Position numbers and translations under genes: made by a program. This document shows, piece by piece, positions 1 through 13,317 of a stretch of 64,000 nucleotides of DNA. The stretch lies in assembly GCA_001662655.1 (NCBI GenBank), contig KV460235.1; one strand, given 5' to 3'. The stretch comes from Pseudogymnoascus verrucosus. Lineage: Eukaryota. The notes below the pieces were generated by a model. It searched no databases. It saw nothing but the letters and a program-made list of their open reading frames with translations, and was not told the origin of the DNA. The stretch's first letter is position 1, and the number at the start of each line of letters is the position of its first letter.

Positions 1-62
1 ACCCAAACCCGAAACCCCCCCCCCCCCCCTTTCCGCCCTTCTCCAAACTAACACCACCCCAG

Positions 63-491
63 GTCGACCTCGTAATCCCCCTCGGCCTCGGCTCCACCGC
101 CGGCATCACCGCCCTCAACGCCGCCATCCCCTCCTGGGCGTCCGGCCTCTCCACCACCGCCTCCCCAATCGTAATCGCCGACACCGCAACCGGTTTCACG
201 ACCGGCGACCTGCGCGATGGCGTGCACCCCAACGCCTCCGGGGACGCCAAGATCGCCGCTGCCCTGCACCCCGTGCTGTTGAAAGTGATTAAGTCATTTG
301 GTGGAGGGACTACTACTCCGCCGGTTTCGACAGGGGGGGTGACGACGACGCAGCCGCCGACGAGTACGCCGCCGGCGCAGGGGCAGGCGCTTTATGGACA
401 GTGTGGGGGGCAGGGGTGGACGGGGCCGACTACGTGTGCGGTGGGGACGTGTAAGTTTTCTAATCAGTGGTATAGTCAGTGTCTTAATTAG
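63..491 (+). CDS. 3' exon of a secreted SGNH/GDSL-type carbohydrate esterase with C-terminal CBM1 (5' part lies outside the window)
   Basis: Branch site CTAAC plus CAG acceptor ending at 62; [13 protein letters not shown] block-V motif; Thr/Pro linker; CBM1 [38 protein letters not shown] at 489-491. Confidence 0.85.
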   Translation, partial: VDLVIPLGLGSTAGITALNAAIPSWASGLSTTASPIVIADTATGFTTGDLRDGVHPNASGDAKIAAALHPVLLKVIKSFGGGTTTPPVSTGGVTTTQPPTSTPPAQGQALYGQCGGQGWTGPTTCAVGTCKFSNQWYSQCLN

Positions 492-912
492 AGGTTGGAT
501 TAGTGGGGGGGAACGTTGGAAGAGAGTTGGATAAATATATATGTATATATATATATTATACCTGTGTGTTGTTGTATACGAACTTGCAAACTGTGCTATG
601 TTAGAATGAAGAAGTGGGATTTTAAGGGTCGTCTGGCCGGAGAACAGCTCGCACCGGCCTAGCCTGCTTTTACAATTCAAGCCATCAAAGAAAAATAAAA
701 CAGAATTGCGAGACACATCCATTAATTTGATATGGGAAGCGATCTTAAATATACCGCTCGTTGGCCTCTCTCCCGTTTTTGCAAGGGAAGAAGGTTCTCT
801 ACTTATGTAGCTTAGCTCGCTCTTTGCATTTGCGAGACAAGAAGCTTATTTACTTATGCGACTCTCGCTGGGCTCGCTCCTTCCCCATATGCCAGAGATG
901 AAACTCATCAAC

Positions 913-2520
913 TTATCTCGTATGGTGGGAATTCTCCCTCCGTATCTGCCACAGCGACGCCGGCTCCACAACTCGACAGGGTAGGTCTAGGTGATGTATA
1001 GCGTCGCCGTGGCACCCGATCTTGTGGTGGATTAGCTGTTTTTTTATCCGCAGTTCCGTTGAGTGTAGTGTCGACGCGACGGATTTCCAGGCCTTGGCTA
1101 CTGAGAGGTTGAACTCCTGGTTCCACGTCCCACGCCAGGTAATAGTCACAGAGTCTCTGTGAACTTGGTAGATAAACGCAGCGGCAAACCCGCATGAGCC
1201 GTTCCACAGCGCCAAGGTGCGGAGTTTAGGCATCTGGAGAGCTACAACGCCAGCTCGGCATAGCAGGGCATTGGGCCGTAGGTGGAATCCTGTGGGTTTT
1301 AAGAGCTGTGATGTGAGTGCTAGAGATTGGAGATTCTGCCACGTCCAGGTCGGCAAACAAGCCTGGAAGAAGTCCTCGGCATTTAGCAAGAATGATACGA
1401 AAAGCTGTTCGACGTGGAGGCTTCGAGAGGCAAAGGCCGCGCCTACTCGAGGGTCTGCGTTGCGGTCGGGGCCTGGTTGCAGAACGGTGGGCCGCTGCCG
1501 ATGACGGTTGGCTACTGTTGTGGCGAATTCGGCGTTGAAATCTTCAAACACGGATAGGCTCTTAGGAGAGGTAGGAGCTTTAGAGAGGAGTAGTTGGGCC
1601 AAGAAGAGGGCGTCTACAACCAAATCTGTTAGTGGCTCGAACGAATGGGAGATAGGATGGGGATAAAGGCACTCACCGTCGTCAAAAATAATTCGCCTGT
1701 TTTTCCATGGTGATCGCGATGGCTCATGTACCAGGCGTTCTAATCGGCAAAGGCCGCTCAATACAATCCACATGTCTAGGGGGTGAAGCCAAGAACGAAA
1801 TTGTCGAGGTATGATGAGACATGTGACTGCATTAACTTCAGGAAGTGTTTCTTGGAAGCCTAACGGCCTCGGTTGAAACAACCGGAATAGGGCCAGCCAT
1901 GGAGGGGTCTTAACCCGCTGGCCATTAACCCAGCCATGCTTTGGGTCGTGCCACTTGGAGCTAATTTCGCCGGGATCACCATCTTGCGTTGAACTTGCGG
2001 CTCCGGTACCGTCGTCATTAGAGGCAAAACTATGGTTTTTGAACCAGTGTTCCGAGTCGCTAGGGGAATATGCTTTAAGCTCCAACGTCAGGTCACTAGC
2101 TGGATCCCAAGTGCTTAGAATCGAGAACAGCGTCCAGATTGTATCTCTGATGATGGAGCATTTGCGAGATTCCCACAAAAGTGTCTCCGTATTCTCACAA
2201 CTTCGGCATGAGTATTTTGGCAGCCTGATATCAAGGCAGATATGGTGAACGAGATATCTCTGCCGAATGACGATGCGGTTGAATTCGTCGAGGCAAGATC
2301 CTTGCAGCTTCAGCCGATGAAAGTTTCTTTTCTCTATAAAGAATTGCCATTCCTTGCAAACGGCTGCATGGGAAGCCCACCCAGGACTCTTTTGACGTGT
2401 GAAAAAATCTAAAATCATAAGCCTAATTTCCGCTGGCAGAGACAACCAGTATACGGGTTCTGGTTTTGTCGAGCGAAGTTTCATTTTATGGCGTCTGCGA
2501 TCGCTGCGCCCGTCCGCCAT
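913..2520 (-). CDS. F-box-like / DUF6546-type fungal protein
   Basis: ATG at 2520; N-terminal WLSLPAEIRLMIL...VCKEWQ F-box-like motif; C-terminal ITWRGTW and SLWQI motifs; probable 63-nt intron 1614-1676 (GTGAGT..CTAAC..TAG). Family name is from recall only. Confidence 0.65.
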   Translation of the reverse strand: MADGRSDRRRHKMKLRSTKPEPVYWLSLPAEIRLMILDFFTRQKSPGWASHAAVCKEWQFFIEKRNFHRLKLQGSCLDEFNRIVIRQRYLVHHICLDIRLPKYSCRSCENTETLLWESRKCSIIRDTIWTLFSILSTWDPASDLTLELKAYSPSDSEHWFKNHSFASNDDGTGAASSTQDGDPGEISSKWHDPKHGWVNGQRVKTPPWLALFRLFQPRPLGFQETLPEVNAVTCLIIPRQFRSWLHPLDMWIVLSGLCRLERLVHEPSRSPWKNRRIIFDDGECLYPHPISHSFEPLTDLVVDALFLAQLLLSKAPTSPKSLSVFEDFNAEFATTVANRHRQRPTVLQPGPDRNADPRVGAAFASRSLHVEQLFVSFLLNAEDFFQACLPTWTWQNLQSLALTSQLLKPTGFHLRPNALLCRAGVVALQMPKLRTLALWNGSCGFAAAFIYQVHRDSVTITWRGTWNQEFNLSVAKAWKSVASTLHSTELRIKKQLIHHKIGCHGDAIHHLDLPCRVVEPASLWQIRRENSHHTR

Positions 2521-3477
2521 GGTGAGAAATAGTTGGTTTTTGGTAGTGAAGGTGGTTTTAAAATGATAGGGAAAGATAGGCACGCTGTAGTAGGGTGGTA
2601 AAATCCTCGTTTTGGTGACGGTCTGCACTGTCTGAAATAGATATCATGAGAGACTAAGCCATTAGCCGTCGTGGATATTACTCATAGTTATAGCATTTAT
2701 AGTTTATCTTAGTTTCTACCTAAAAGTCAGAAGAGAGACTATGTGCGATGTCTAGTGTTCATAGTAACTGTACCTAAAATAAGGGTGCTTAATCGCCTGA
2801 GCTGTAGTTATCATATCACTATGCACCTCACCACAGACCCGTCAAGTTGGCACTTGGCGAAAAGAGGTCTCTACTTAACTAAAATCTTCAAATACGTTAA
2901 AAGTTAGTACAAACATAATTCATAAGGCTCTAGTTATTATGACTGAAATTTTGTATAGTTATAGACTTCATGATGTAAAAATATTCTGGATAATTGTTAA
3001 TTTATTTTCTTATATTTTAAAAACGCTCATATCATATTTTAATTATTTGTAAACGATGGATATGGGTACGATTATAGGCTTTTAAAGTTTAGTTCCTACA
3101 AAAGAGATAAATTAATTAGTATGGATTGCTAGTACCTATTCCCAGCCATGGACAACCCCTCGTCTGACTTTGAAGTGGCATGATCACTACGAGTGCTTGT
3201 TTTATAAGAGGTTGTGATTGCTACTCTATACTACTCCCGTTTAGGAATAGTCGACTTTCAAACTTTATACCCCTCTCAACAGGGCCACTTTCACGTGACC
3301 GTCACCGTTTTTCGAACCACTTACCGCCTCTGCCTGGGGCTAGCGCTGATTGGCAGATTCCTGCACCACACAAAAAGTGAACTTCCTCCCACCACGAATC
3401 TCGCTCTCGAGTCTCGCAAAACCCACCACGCCGCGCTCCCCCCCCTTTGTCGGCCACGCACTGGATCAGCGAGCAAC

Positions 3478-6400
3478 ATGGACGTAGGCCTAGTCAGAAG
3501 TCGTATCGTCGCGACGCTCGATGCGGACGCCGATGCGCGCCGCCGCGCTGAGCTAGATCTCAAGGCTGTCCGTACCATACCACCCCTCTTTCTCCCCACA
3601 TCTCGCTGACAACTTTTTGCACCAGGCCGAGGAGCACGCCGGCTTCACAGATGCACTACTCGATATTCTACAAGGCGAGCAGGAGGCCTCCGTCAGACTG
3701 TCGAGTACGTCTTTCTCCCCTTACCCCGCCATACACCAGTTTCATATCCCCGACAAAACTGCTGCAACAACCCGCTAACTCACATTAGCGGCTGTATACC
3801 TCAAAAACCGCGTGTCGCGTGCCTGGGCCGTCAGCGACGACGCAGCTGTCACTCATAAACCCATTCCCGAAGAAGAGAAGGCCCGCTTCCGCGAACGCCT
3901 CCTGCCCGTGCTGTCGACATCCACGGCCGCCGTGCGCGCACAGCTCGTGCCCGTCCTGCAGAAGATCCTGCACTGTGATTTCCCCGCGCGCTGGCCGGGG
4001 TTCATGGACGTGACGCTGCGCCTGCTGAATACAAATGAGGCCGCGAGCATCTTCGCGGGCCTGCAGTGCCTGTTGGCCATCTGCCGCGTGTTCAGGTTCA
4101 AGTCGGGCGAGAGCAGGGCTGATTTCGATAAGATCGTTGAGGCGACATTCCCGAGACTGTTGGTTATTGGAACAGGGCTGGTGAACGAAACAAGCGAGGA
4201 GGCCGGGGAGATGTTGCATTTGGCGCTGAAGGCCTATAAACATGCCACCTTTGTAGGTCTTCGTTGTGTGGGGGGCTTGGCGGTGAGAGATGGCTAACAC
4301 GTGTGTAGTTCGACCTTGCTGCTTCCCTGAGGCAGGAACAGACTACGATCGGCTGGTGTTCATTATTCATCCAGACCATCGGAAAGGAAGTCCCACAAAG
4401 CGCCCTGTCGGAGGATCTGACTGAGCGTGAGGCAAACCACTGGTGGAAGGCAAAGAAGTGGGCATACTTCAACCTGAACAGACTATTTGTCCGGTATGTT
4501 TTGTGCAAACCTACGACCTAACTTGTTCTGACTTCTATAGCTACGGGAACCCTGGATCCCTCGTCTCTGGAAACGGGGATGATTACGTTGAATTTGCAAA
4601 GCACTTCATCTCTACTATCGCACCTGAGATTCTCAAGGCCTACCTCGCACAGATCGAGAAGTGGGTTGCCAAAACTACTTGGCTTAGCAGACGCTGCCTA
4701 TCATATACCCTTGCTTTCCTCGACGAGTGTGTTAAGCCAAAGCAGATGTGGGCTCACTTGAAGCCGCATCTCGATACCCTGGTCACCCACTTCCTCTTCC
4801 CCGTCCTCTGCTTGTCGGAAGACGACATTGAGAAGTTCGACACTGACCCAGAGGACTACCTCCACCACAAGCTCAACTTCTACGAGGAGGTCTCCGCGCC
4901 GGATGTTGCCGCCACCAACTTCCTAGTCACCCTTACCAAGATTCGCAGGAAGCAGACCTATACCATCCTGACCTTTGTCAACACCATCGTCAACGAGTAC
5001 GAGGCCACGGAGGACAGCAAGAAGAACCACGTCGCCAAGGAGGGAGCCCTTCGCATGATCGGCACCCTGTCCAGCGTCATCCTCGCCAAGAAGAGCCCTA
5101 TCGCGACGCAAGTCGAATACTTCCTCGTCCGCTACGTCTTCCCAGATTTCAACAGCCCGCAAGGATACCTGCGCGCACGTGCTTGCGACACTGTCGAGAA
5201 GTTTGAGCAGCTCGACTTCAAGGACACAAACAACCTGCTCGTAATCTACCGCAAGATCCTCGAGTGCATGGGCGATCCAGAGTTGCCCGTGCGTGTCGAG
5301 GCCGCGCTGGCCCTGCAGCCGCTCATCAGACACGACATCATCCGCACGAGCATGCAGCAGAACATCCCCCAGATCATGCAGCAGCTCCTGAAGCTCGCCA
5401 ACGAGGTCGATGTCGACGCCCTGTCGAACGTGATGGAGGACTTTGTCGAGGTATTCGCCGCTGAGCTTACGCCGTTCGCGGTTGCTCTGAGCGAGCAGCT
5501 GCGCGACACCTACCTGCGCATCGTCAACGGACTTCTCGAGAAGAACGAGAGCCGCGGCGACGACGACTCGTACGGCGACTACCTGGACGACAAGTCCATC
5601 ACAGCGCTGGGTGTCCTCCAGACAATCGGCACGCTGATCCTCACTCTCGAGAGCACGCCCGAGGTGCTGCTGCACATGGAGTCGATCCTGATGCCCGTAA
5701 TCAGCATCACCCTCGAGAACAAGCTGTACGACCTGTACAACGAGGTCTTCGAGATCATCGACAGCTGCACCTTCGCCGCCAAGAGCATCTCGCCAACGAT
5801 GTGGCAAGCCTTCGAGCTGATCCACCAGACGTTCAAGGCAGGCGCCGAGCTCTACCTCGAGGACATGCTCCCCGCGCTCGACAACTTCGTGCAGTACGGC
5901 GCGGCCCACCTGGTGCAGACGCCCGCGTACCTCGACGCCATGTTCGGCATGGTGCAGGACATGTTCCACGACGACAAAGTGGGCGGCGTGGACCGCATCT
6001 GCGCCTGCAAGCTGGCCGAGGGCATGATGCTCTCCCTCCGCGGCAGCATCGACCAATACGTCCTCGCCTTTGTCGAGATGGCCATGGCCACCCTAACCAA
6101 CGCCGACGTCAAGGTCAAGTCCTACAAGATCCACCTGATGGAGATGGTCATCAACGCCATCTACTACAACCCCGTTCTCGCCCTCCACGTCCTCGAAGCC
6201 AAGGGCTGGACCAACAAATTCTTCAGCCTCTGGTTCGGCAGCATCGACGCCTTCAGCCGCGTCCACGACAAGACCCTCGCCATCGCCGCCATCGTCGCCC
6301 TGCTGACCCTCAACCCCGACCAGGTCCCCGCCAGCGTGCAACAGGGCTGGCCGCGCCTGCTACAGGGTATCGTGCGTCTCTTCCAGACGCTGCCTGCGGC

Positions 6401-6991
6401 GGCGAAAAACCGCGAGGAGGCGCTCAAGGACGATTATCCGCTTGCCGATGGCGCGTATAGCGATGATGAGGAGGAGGAGGGCGTGGAGTGGGGTGGGGAG
6501 GATACGGCGTGGGCGGAGGAGGCGGAGGAGGAGGAGGATGCTGAGGGGAAGGATGAGAGTAGTGCATACCTTGACTTTTTGAACGAGGAGGTGAGTTTTA
6601 CGTCCCGTGTGTGTGGTGTGCAGTTGAGATGCTAATTATGACGGCACAGGCGCAGAAATTCGGCAACCTGGACGATGAATCCGACGACGAGCTCGGGGAG
6701 GAGAGTCTCCTTGAGACGCCGCTGGATAAGGTGGAGCCATACGGATTATTCCGCGATGCTCTCATGAGTATGTCCCCCTAGCTACCCCCTACAGAAACGA
6801 GCCACAAAACTAACCAAACCCCCCTCACAGAACTCCAAACCGAACAACCCCAACTCTACACCTCCCTCACCAACTCCCTCTCCCCCGAAGAACGCACCGT
6901 CGTCGAGTCCGCCGTCGCGCAGGCTGACGTCATCGCCCGCAAGACGGCTGAGGAGGCTGCTGCTGCTGTTGCGGCGGGCGCGAGCGCGTAG
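3478..6991 (+). CDS. NMD5: Importin-beta family karyopherin (importin-7/8, Nmd5/Sxm1-like)
   Basis: IBN_N-like N-terminus (RRRAELDLK..AAVYLKNRV..DFPARWP); WWKAKKWAYFNLNRLF; HEAT-repeat body; acidic C-terminus; six GT-AG introns (about 3568-3625, 3705-3788, 4253-4308, 4494-4540, 6590-6649, 6767-6830). Confidence 0.88.
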
Positions 6992-9900
6992 ATCGACTCC
7001 GCTTCTGTGGCACATACACACCCAATATCCGATATAATGGGAACGAGATGATGGGGTGGGAACGGGATGGGGATGGGGGATATTTTGGCGTTGAAAGAGT
7101 GGAGGGTTTTTGTTGGTAGAATGAATGAATGGCTGGTTGGATGGTTGATTGATTGATTGATGATGGGGATGGGGTCGAGGATGGGTGGATGAGGGTTGGA
7201 TAGGGGAAGATTTGGAGGTATTGAATCTATGGGTGGGGAGGGATGGGGATGAGAATATCATCTCTAGAGAAAGGGGAGAAGGAGAGAGAGAGAGATCAAA
7301 CTCGAGTTCTGTACCGTACCGTACCGCACCGCCGTCGTTGTAGAGGAGGTCAGCAATGCATTTCATGCTCATCTACGTCGTCCCTCCTAGTCTACCTCAT
7401 CCCCCATACAGTATATCTACACATCCCTCCTTGCCTTACTTACGCTGGCCCCTCCCTTTGGATCTCTCAGACACTCTTCCATATCCCGTATCTTCCATCT
7501 CCCCATCCCCCCAGCCTAGCTCAGCTCAGCTCAGCTCAGCTCATCCTAGTTCACACCCCCATCCCAACCACCAGCACGCGGCACACCCCCTCCGCCCTCC
7601 CGCCCTCTCGCTCCTCGCGGTGAGACAAACCGCGTCATCTTGCACTCACGCGCGCGCACACCGCCCCCCTCGCCGAGCCGCTCCCTCTCTTCCTCCTCCT
7701 CTTCCTCCCGGTGTACCGCCGTGGTGTGTGCATGCGTACCAAACAAACCTATACTTGATCTCTAGTGTCGGACGCGGAGGGGGGGGAGAGATCGGGGTCT
7801 CGTGATCCATCGTGAGAATAGAAGGGGGGGGGGGAGGGAGAAGACGGAGAGTAGGTAGCGCGGATAGCGCGATTACTGGGACCACTTACTCCTCCCTTCC
7901 CTTCCCTCCGCCGCTCCGTTCTGTTCTCTCTTTACCTTTCCCTGCCTTGCTTTCTACTCAATTTTTTTAAGGAGGGGGGTTGTGGGCGGGAGGGTAGGGT
8001 TAGCATGTGAGACAGACGGCTGGATGGCTGGAACTGGGTGATCATGGTGTGGTGTGGGCGGGTAGAGGAGGAGGACGGGTTTAAACGGGTTGGAGAGAGG
8101 AATGAGGTGACTTTGATGGTGACTTTGATGGTGACTTTGATAATACTAGGTAGGTGGTAGGCGGGTGGTGATGATCTGGGCGGGAGAGGGAGACGGAGAG
8201 GGAAGACGGACGGGAAGGGACCCTGTGTAGATGATGATGAGGGGGGGGGGGGTAGATGTAGATGCGGGGTGACGTCGTGTGGGGGGTTCTGTGTGTGTGT
8301 GTGTGGTTGATGGAGGGGTAGATGGAGGGGTGGTGGTGTCTGTCCAGATAAAGGAAGTTGATGATGGATGGGATGTGTGTATGTTGATGTGTGTGTTGTG
8401 TGTGTATATGGATGGTTTGTAGACAGAAGAGTACTGTGTATATGTAGGTGTAAATTAGGTGGTTGCAAGAGAGATGCTGTAGAGGGAGGGAGAGAAGTGT
8501 ATGTATGTACTGCTGTGCTGGCTAAGAGGGAGTGGAGGAGGGTTGTGGGATTGAGAGGGAGTGCATTGAGAGGGGAGATGAGAGAAGAGATGAGAGGGTA
8601 TGGTATTGTATGCACTGCTTGTTGTTCTCACCTCACTACTACACTACTACTATACTACTATACTATTAATGCATGGTATGCTGTTCCTACAGTCTGTTCC
8701 TGTGGTCTATAGGACCAATGCCTAACATGCTGTTCCTACAGTTCTACACCACCAATGCCTAACATGCCATTCTCACAATCCCCTCCCCCCTTCTCTGTGC
8801 TGTCCCTACAGTGAGATACTATACACCTGCATCACACATATCTCACCTCCCTCCCTCTATCCATACCATACTTACCTCCCTCCCATCCATCTATCCACCT
8901 ATCCAACTACCCACCTCCCACAATCCCTCTCCTGCCCCTCTATTCCAGCTCCGAAAGATCAACTTTCCCCCGTTTCCCACTTTACCCTACTATGCGCACT
9001 ATGCACACCTAAAGTATACATACATACCTTCTTCATACACACAAACATGCACCCCACCCCACCACTCACTCACTCCCCACGCGCCCACCCACCACCGCCA
9101 TTGGAATCACCACCACATGACGCGGGCGGTGAGTGCGGGCGCCCGTTAGTGGGTGCTTGGAAAGGCGGCTGTGTGTGTGTGTGAATTATGGTATGTGTGT
9201 GGTGGTGTGGGCACGAGATGAGATGAGGGTTCAAGATGGCAATGGAGGGGGTAAGCGGTGGTAGTCGGAAGGAAGTGGTAGATGCGGTAGAAGTGGTGGA
9301 TGTACACCAAGGCGAAGAACGGGAGGGGAGGTACTTGTGTTTAGTCTTATCGCCCGGCTTATCGCTTTCTCTTTCTCTTTGTGTGTGGAGGGTGTGTGGT
9401 GTGTGTGTGAGATATGGAGAGCAGAGGAGGGATTGTACTATTGTAAGACACACACCCGCACGTCGCCATTGAATTGACGAATGACAGGATCAGCGGACCG
9501 GAGTGAGTGAGTGAGTGTGTCTCAGTGGTAGTGTAGCTAGCCCTTATGAGTGAGAAGGGCGGGCGGCGGCCGTTTAGTTTCTCCCATCCCACCACCACGA
9601 GAGAGTGATACACGCAATCTTCTCCCTTCTCCCTCTCAATTGTCATCCTACACCCTACCCTACCCTACCTACTCACTCAATTATCGCCTTCCCACTTCCC
9701 AATTGTCATCAATTGTCATTGTCATCCTTCTTCGCGCATGCACACCTCATACGAGTCCCCTCCCCTCCCCGCCGTGACTCACTCTTCTATCGCCCCCTTC
9801 TAGTAGGCTGGCTCATAATCATCCATTCACTCTCTCCATACTAACACTACTACCACCACTACCACTACCACTACTCACACTACTAAGCACACATCAATCG

Positions 9901-12900
9901 CACCACCCCTCAATCCCCCTCTGATTCGCCAATCCCAACACCATCACCCACGTCCCATGCATGCCCTGCTGCCTAACCCGTCTGTAGCCCGGCATTAGTG
10001 GAAGTGAGTGCGTGTACATGAGGGCCCTGGAAAGGTTACAACACAACACACAGACGGTGATGGTGAGGGTTAGTAGAGTGGAAAGTAAGTAAGTACCCAC
10101 CCCACAAACAGACGACAGTGGGAATTGGGTTGAGGCCTGAGGACGGCATTGATGATGCGATGTGCCCAACCAATTCCCCCGCTTCTGGTAGAGGAGGGAG
10201 AAGGAAAGGGGGATTGGTGGGTGGTAATAGAATGATGGTATGGATAATACGGATGAGGAGGAAGGAAAGAGAGATTACTAACCAGATCACCCGCACGAGA
10301 GAGAGGAATGGGATTATGGAATCAATCTGGATTACCAAGTACCGAGTGTGAGTGCGAGTGCGAGTATGCCTTGTACCATACTTCCTCTCACCCCGCTATA
10401 ACCCTACACCTCTAGGTACAGCCAGTACACATGACATGTACCCACCCACCCCTGTCCCACTCGCCCCGGTACAGCCTGGTTAACAGCCTAGACGTACCCA
10501 ACAATAACCTTCCATTGCGGTCTATCGATTGGTAAGGCGCTTATCGCTGGTGAGGCACACACACCTGGGTGGATACGGGTGGGTGGGGTGGGGAGGGCGA
10601 TGCGTCACATTTTGGGGGCACGGACGGTGGGGAGGATGGATAGAGTGTGTTGGGTTGTGGTTGTGGTTAATTGTGAGGAATTAAATGGGGATTTAAGAGG
10701 ATTTAATGAGGATTTAACGGGTTGATTATTTGTGTGGACATATATGTGGCAATGGTGTACGCGTAGGATAGATGTACCTACTCGGCTTATGTGGTTCTAT
10801 GATGATGGTAGGGTATACTACTACTGTACTCTTACTCACACACTCACACTCACCCACACACGCGCCTCATCTAGTCTCACACCCCTCCTTCAATTGGATG
10901 GAGGGGGGTGCAACTTCTGAAACCGAAGAACCTCACTATCTCACTACTAGAGAAAAGAGTAACCTGCTACCTGCTATAGTATGCCATAGTACCATACATA
11001 CAACGCCAAAGTACCATACCCCGAACGACTCACACATCTCCCACATCTCCCCTCTAGGCCACCAATGTACCGTTCTCTGATATTTATGTGCGGTGTGCAC
11101 GACAAAAATACAAAACAATACTATATTATCTATTTACAGCTTTAGCATTTCCCTAGCGCGGGGTCATCCCAGAGGTCATCTTTCATCACCACTACCACTC
11201 TTCACGTCCCTCCCCTTCCCTCTCATTGGTCAGCCTCTCATCCCGCATCCCATCATCCCACCCCCAATTGGAGATCAGGAGACTGGAGTCACACCTTCGC
11301 CTTTCCTGACGAAAAGGCTGCCTGGTGATACGTCCGCGCGGATATCTGTCTGCCTGCCCCAATACTCCACAAGTTAGGATTACTCTATAGAGGCAAGGCA
11401 ATCGAAACAACAAAACTACCGCCGGGGCTAACTCTAGACTACCAAACTTAGCTGAGACTGGCCTGGTGTCCCGGCTGAGAGAGGAGCGCTACGAGAGGGG
11501 GGGAGAGGCAGATGCACCCCTCTACTTAGGCAATACATGCCACTTACCCCACCCCCACAGCCAACCACTGATGGGCTGGGGGGTGGATTGGAGGAGTGGG
11601 AGGTATGCATGATGTATACAACGCCGCTGCTGTTCCATTGATTGACACCATAGCACCATCCATAGCAACTTACGCCGAATGGCTGAACTGTATGGCGGTA
11701 TGGCTGAATGGGCTGGGCGGTATGGGCTGGCGCTTTGAGAATGGACACATTGGACACAACAACCACTAGCCATCCGGCGTAGATTGCCATTGCCATTGCC
11801 ATTGCGGCCAGGCGACCCGCGGTTGGGGAAGAGGGAGGAAGGAAGGAAGGAAGGATTCGTGGTGTGTGTTGGTGGTGCTGGTGGATGGTGGATGGTGGAT
11901 GGAATGGGCAGTGCAAAAGAGAAAGAACCAACAGACAAACAAAACGCCTGATTGACTTTTTGACTTTGACTCCTGTTTGACATCCGCCGCCGCGCCTCTC
12001 TTATTCGACCCTGAGAACCAGGCTTTAGGCTTCCCTTCCTTCATTCACCCCAACCACGGCTGGTTTTACTCATTTTCTCAATCCAGTCACCGGCACACAC
12101 CACACACCGAATACATTCTTGCTCACTCTAACTATCGCTGTTATAGCCGGCTCCCTCGCTCTCTCTGATTCACGCTCTCTCTCTCACACACACACACATT
12201 CACCGCGGCCGAGCATATGAATCAGATACGCCTACGCCTACGCCTACGCCTACGCCTCTCCCCACGCTCACGCTCACGCCGCAAACCAGACCAGACGACA
12301 CACCCCATTCACACACACAACCCAACTATTATTATTTGCCAGCCCACTCAACTGGCCCGCTCACACCACACACCCATAGCTGCCTGTAGTAGCCCATCTA
12401 TCCATACATCCATACATCCCCATCCAGTCCATCCCACAATATCTTACACTACCACCTCCACCACCACCAACCACAACTACTACTACTATTACTATAAGAC
12501 ACCGCCTCCTCCCTCTCCCTCCAACCCTTCCTCTTCCTCTTCTCCTCTCCGCTTCCCCACTACTTACTTCATTACTCGACCACTCGCAAACTCGAAAACT
12601 CGAACAAACGACTGCCTGGTTTGCTGACTTAACTGCCTACTTACCTACTTAACAACTGTCTGCCTATCCACCTTTGCCACATTCCACGCACGCACGACGC
12701 ACACGCACACCCACGCATCCAAGTCACGCCCAATCTGATCCCTCAGCTTGTGATCCAATCCCGCTGCTACTTCCACTACTACGCCCACCCAAATACTGGA
12801 GGGTACGAGAGGTACTGCCATTGAGAACTCCCGCCTGCATTGACGCTCCCGTCTCGTTTGGCATTTATCACCCACCCACACACAACCCCGCGCCGAAACA

Positions 12901-13317
12901 CCACCACCACCCACCACCACCCACCAAACCCGCCAACAGAACAAAGAAACCCAACCCAACCCTCCGCTTCCATAAACCCCCAGAACCCGCCACAACAACC
13001 TCGCTCCAACATCATCATCACACATTTTGGCCTACTGCAGTTTTGCGACAAGGACTACGATTCCACGCTGACCATTTTCTTTCCGACGAAGCCGTCAGAT
13101 CGGATTTAAGGTCGCATCTCCGCCCACACTCAGTTGCGTGGCGCGGCGGATGACAAACCCCAACGGCTGCCTTCGATTGCCTTCTCTGGACGGGCTTAAG
13201 AAGTAAATCTTTCGCTCTTAAACATCGTCGTCATCTCTTCTTCGATCAATTCAATCGATCAATCGGATCGAAAAACTCTCTACGATTCTACCAACGCACA
13301 GCAATCGCCACATCGCA

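Noticed and set aside
4923..6056. 377-aa antisense ORF (and similar ORFs opposite SKI2, hacA, PDB1 and GatA)
   Set aside because: These are shadow ORFs caused by the high GC3 of the sense gene.
7243..13153. Many 60-230 aa ORFs in the long spacer
   Set aside because: They are low-complexity translations of microsatellite DNA, often without ATG starts or recognisable motifs.
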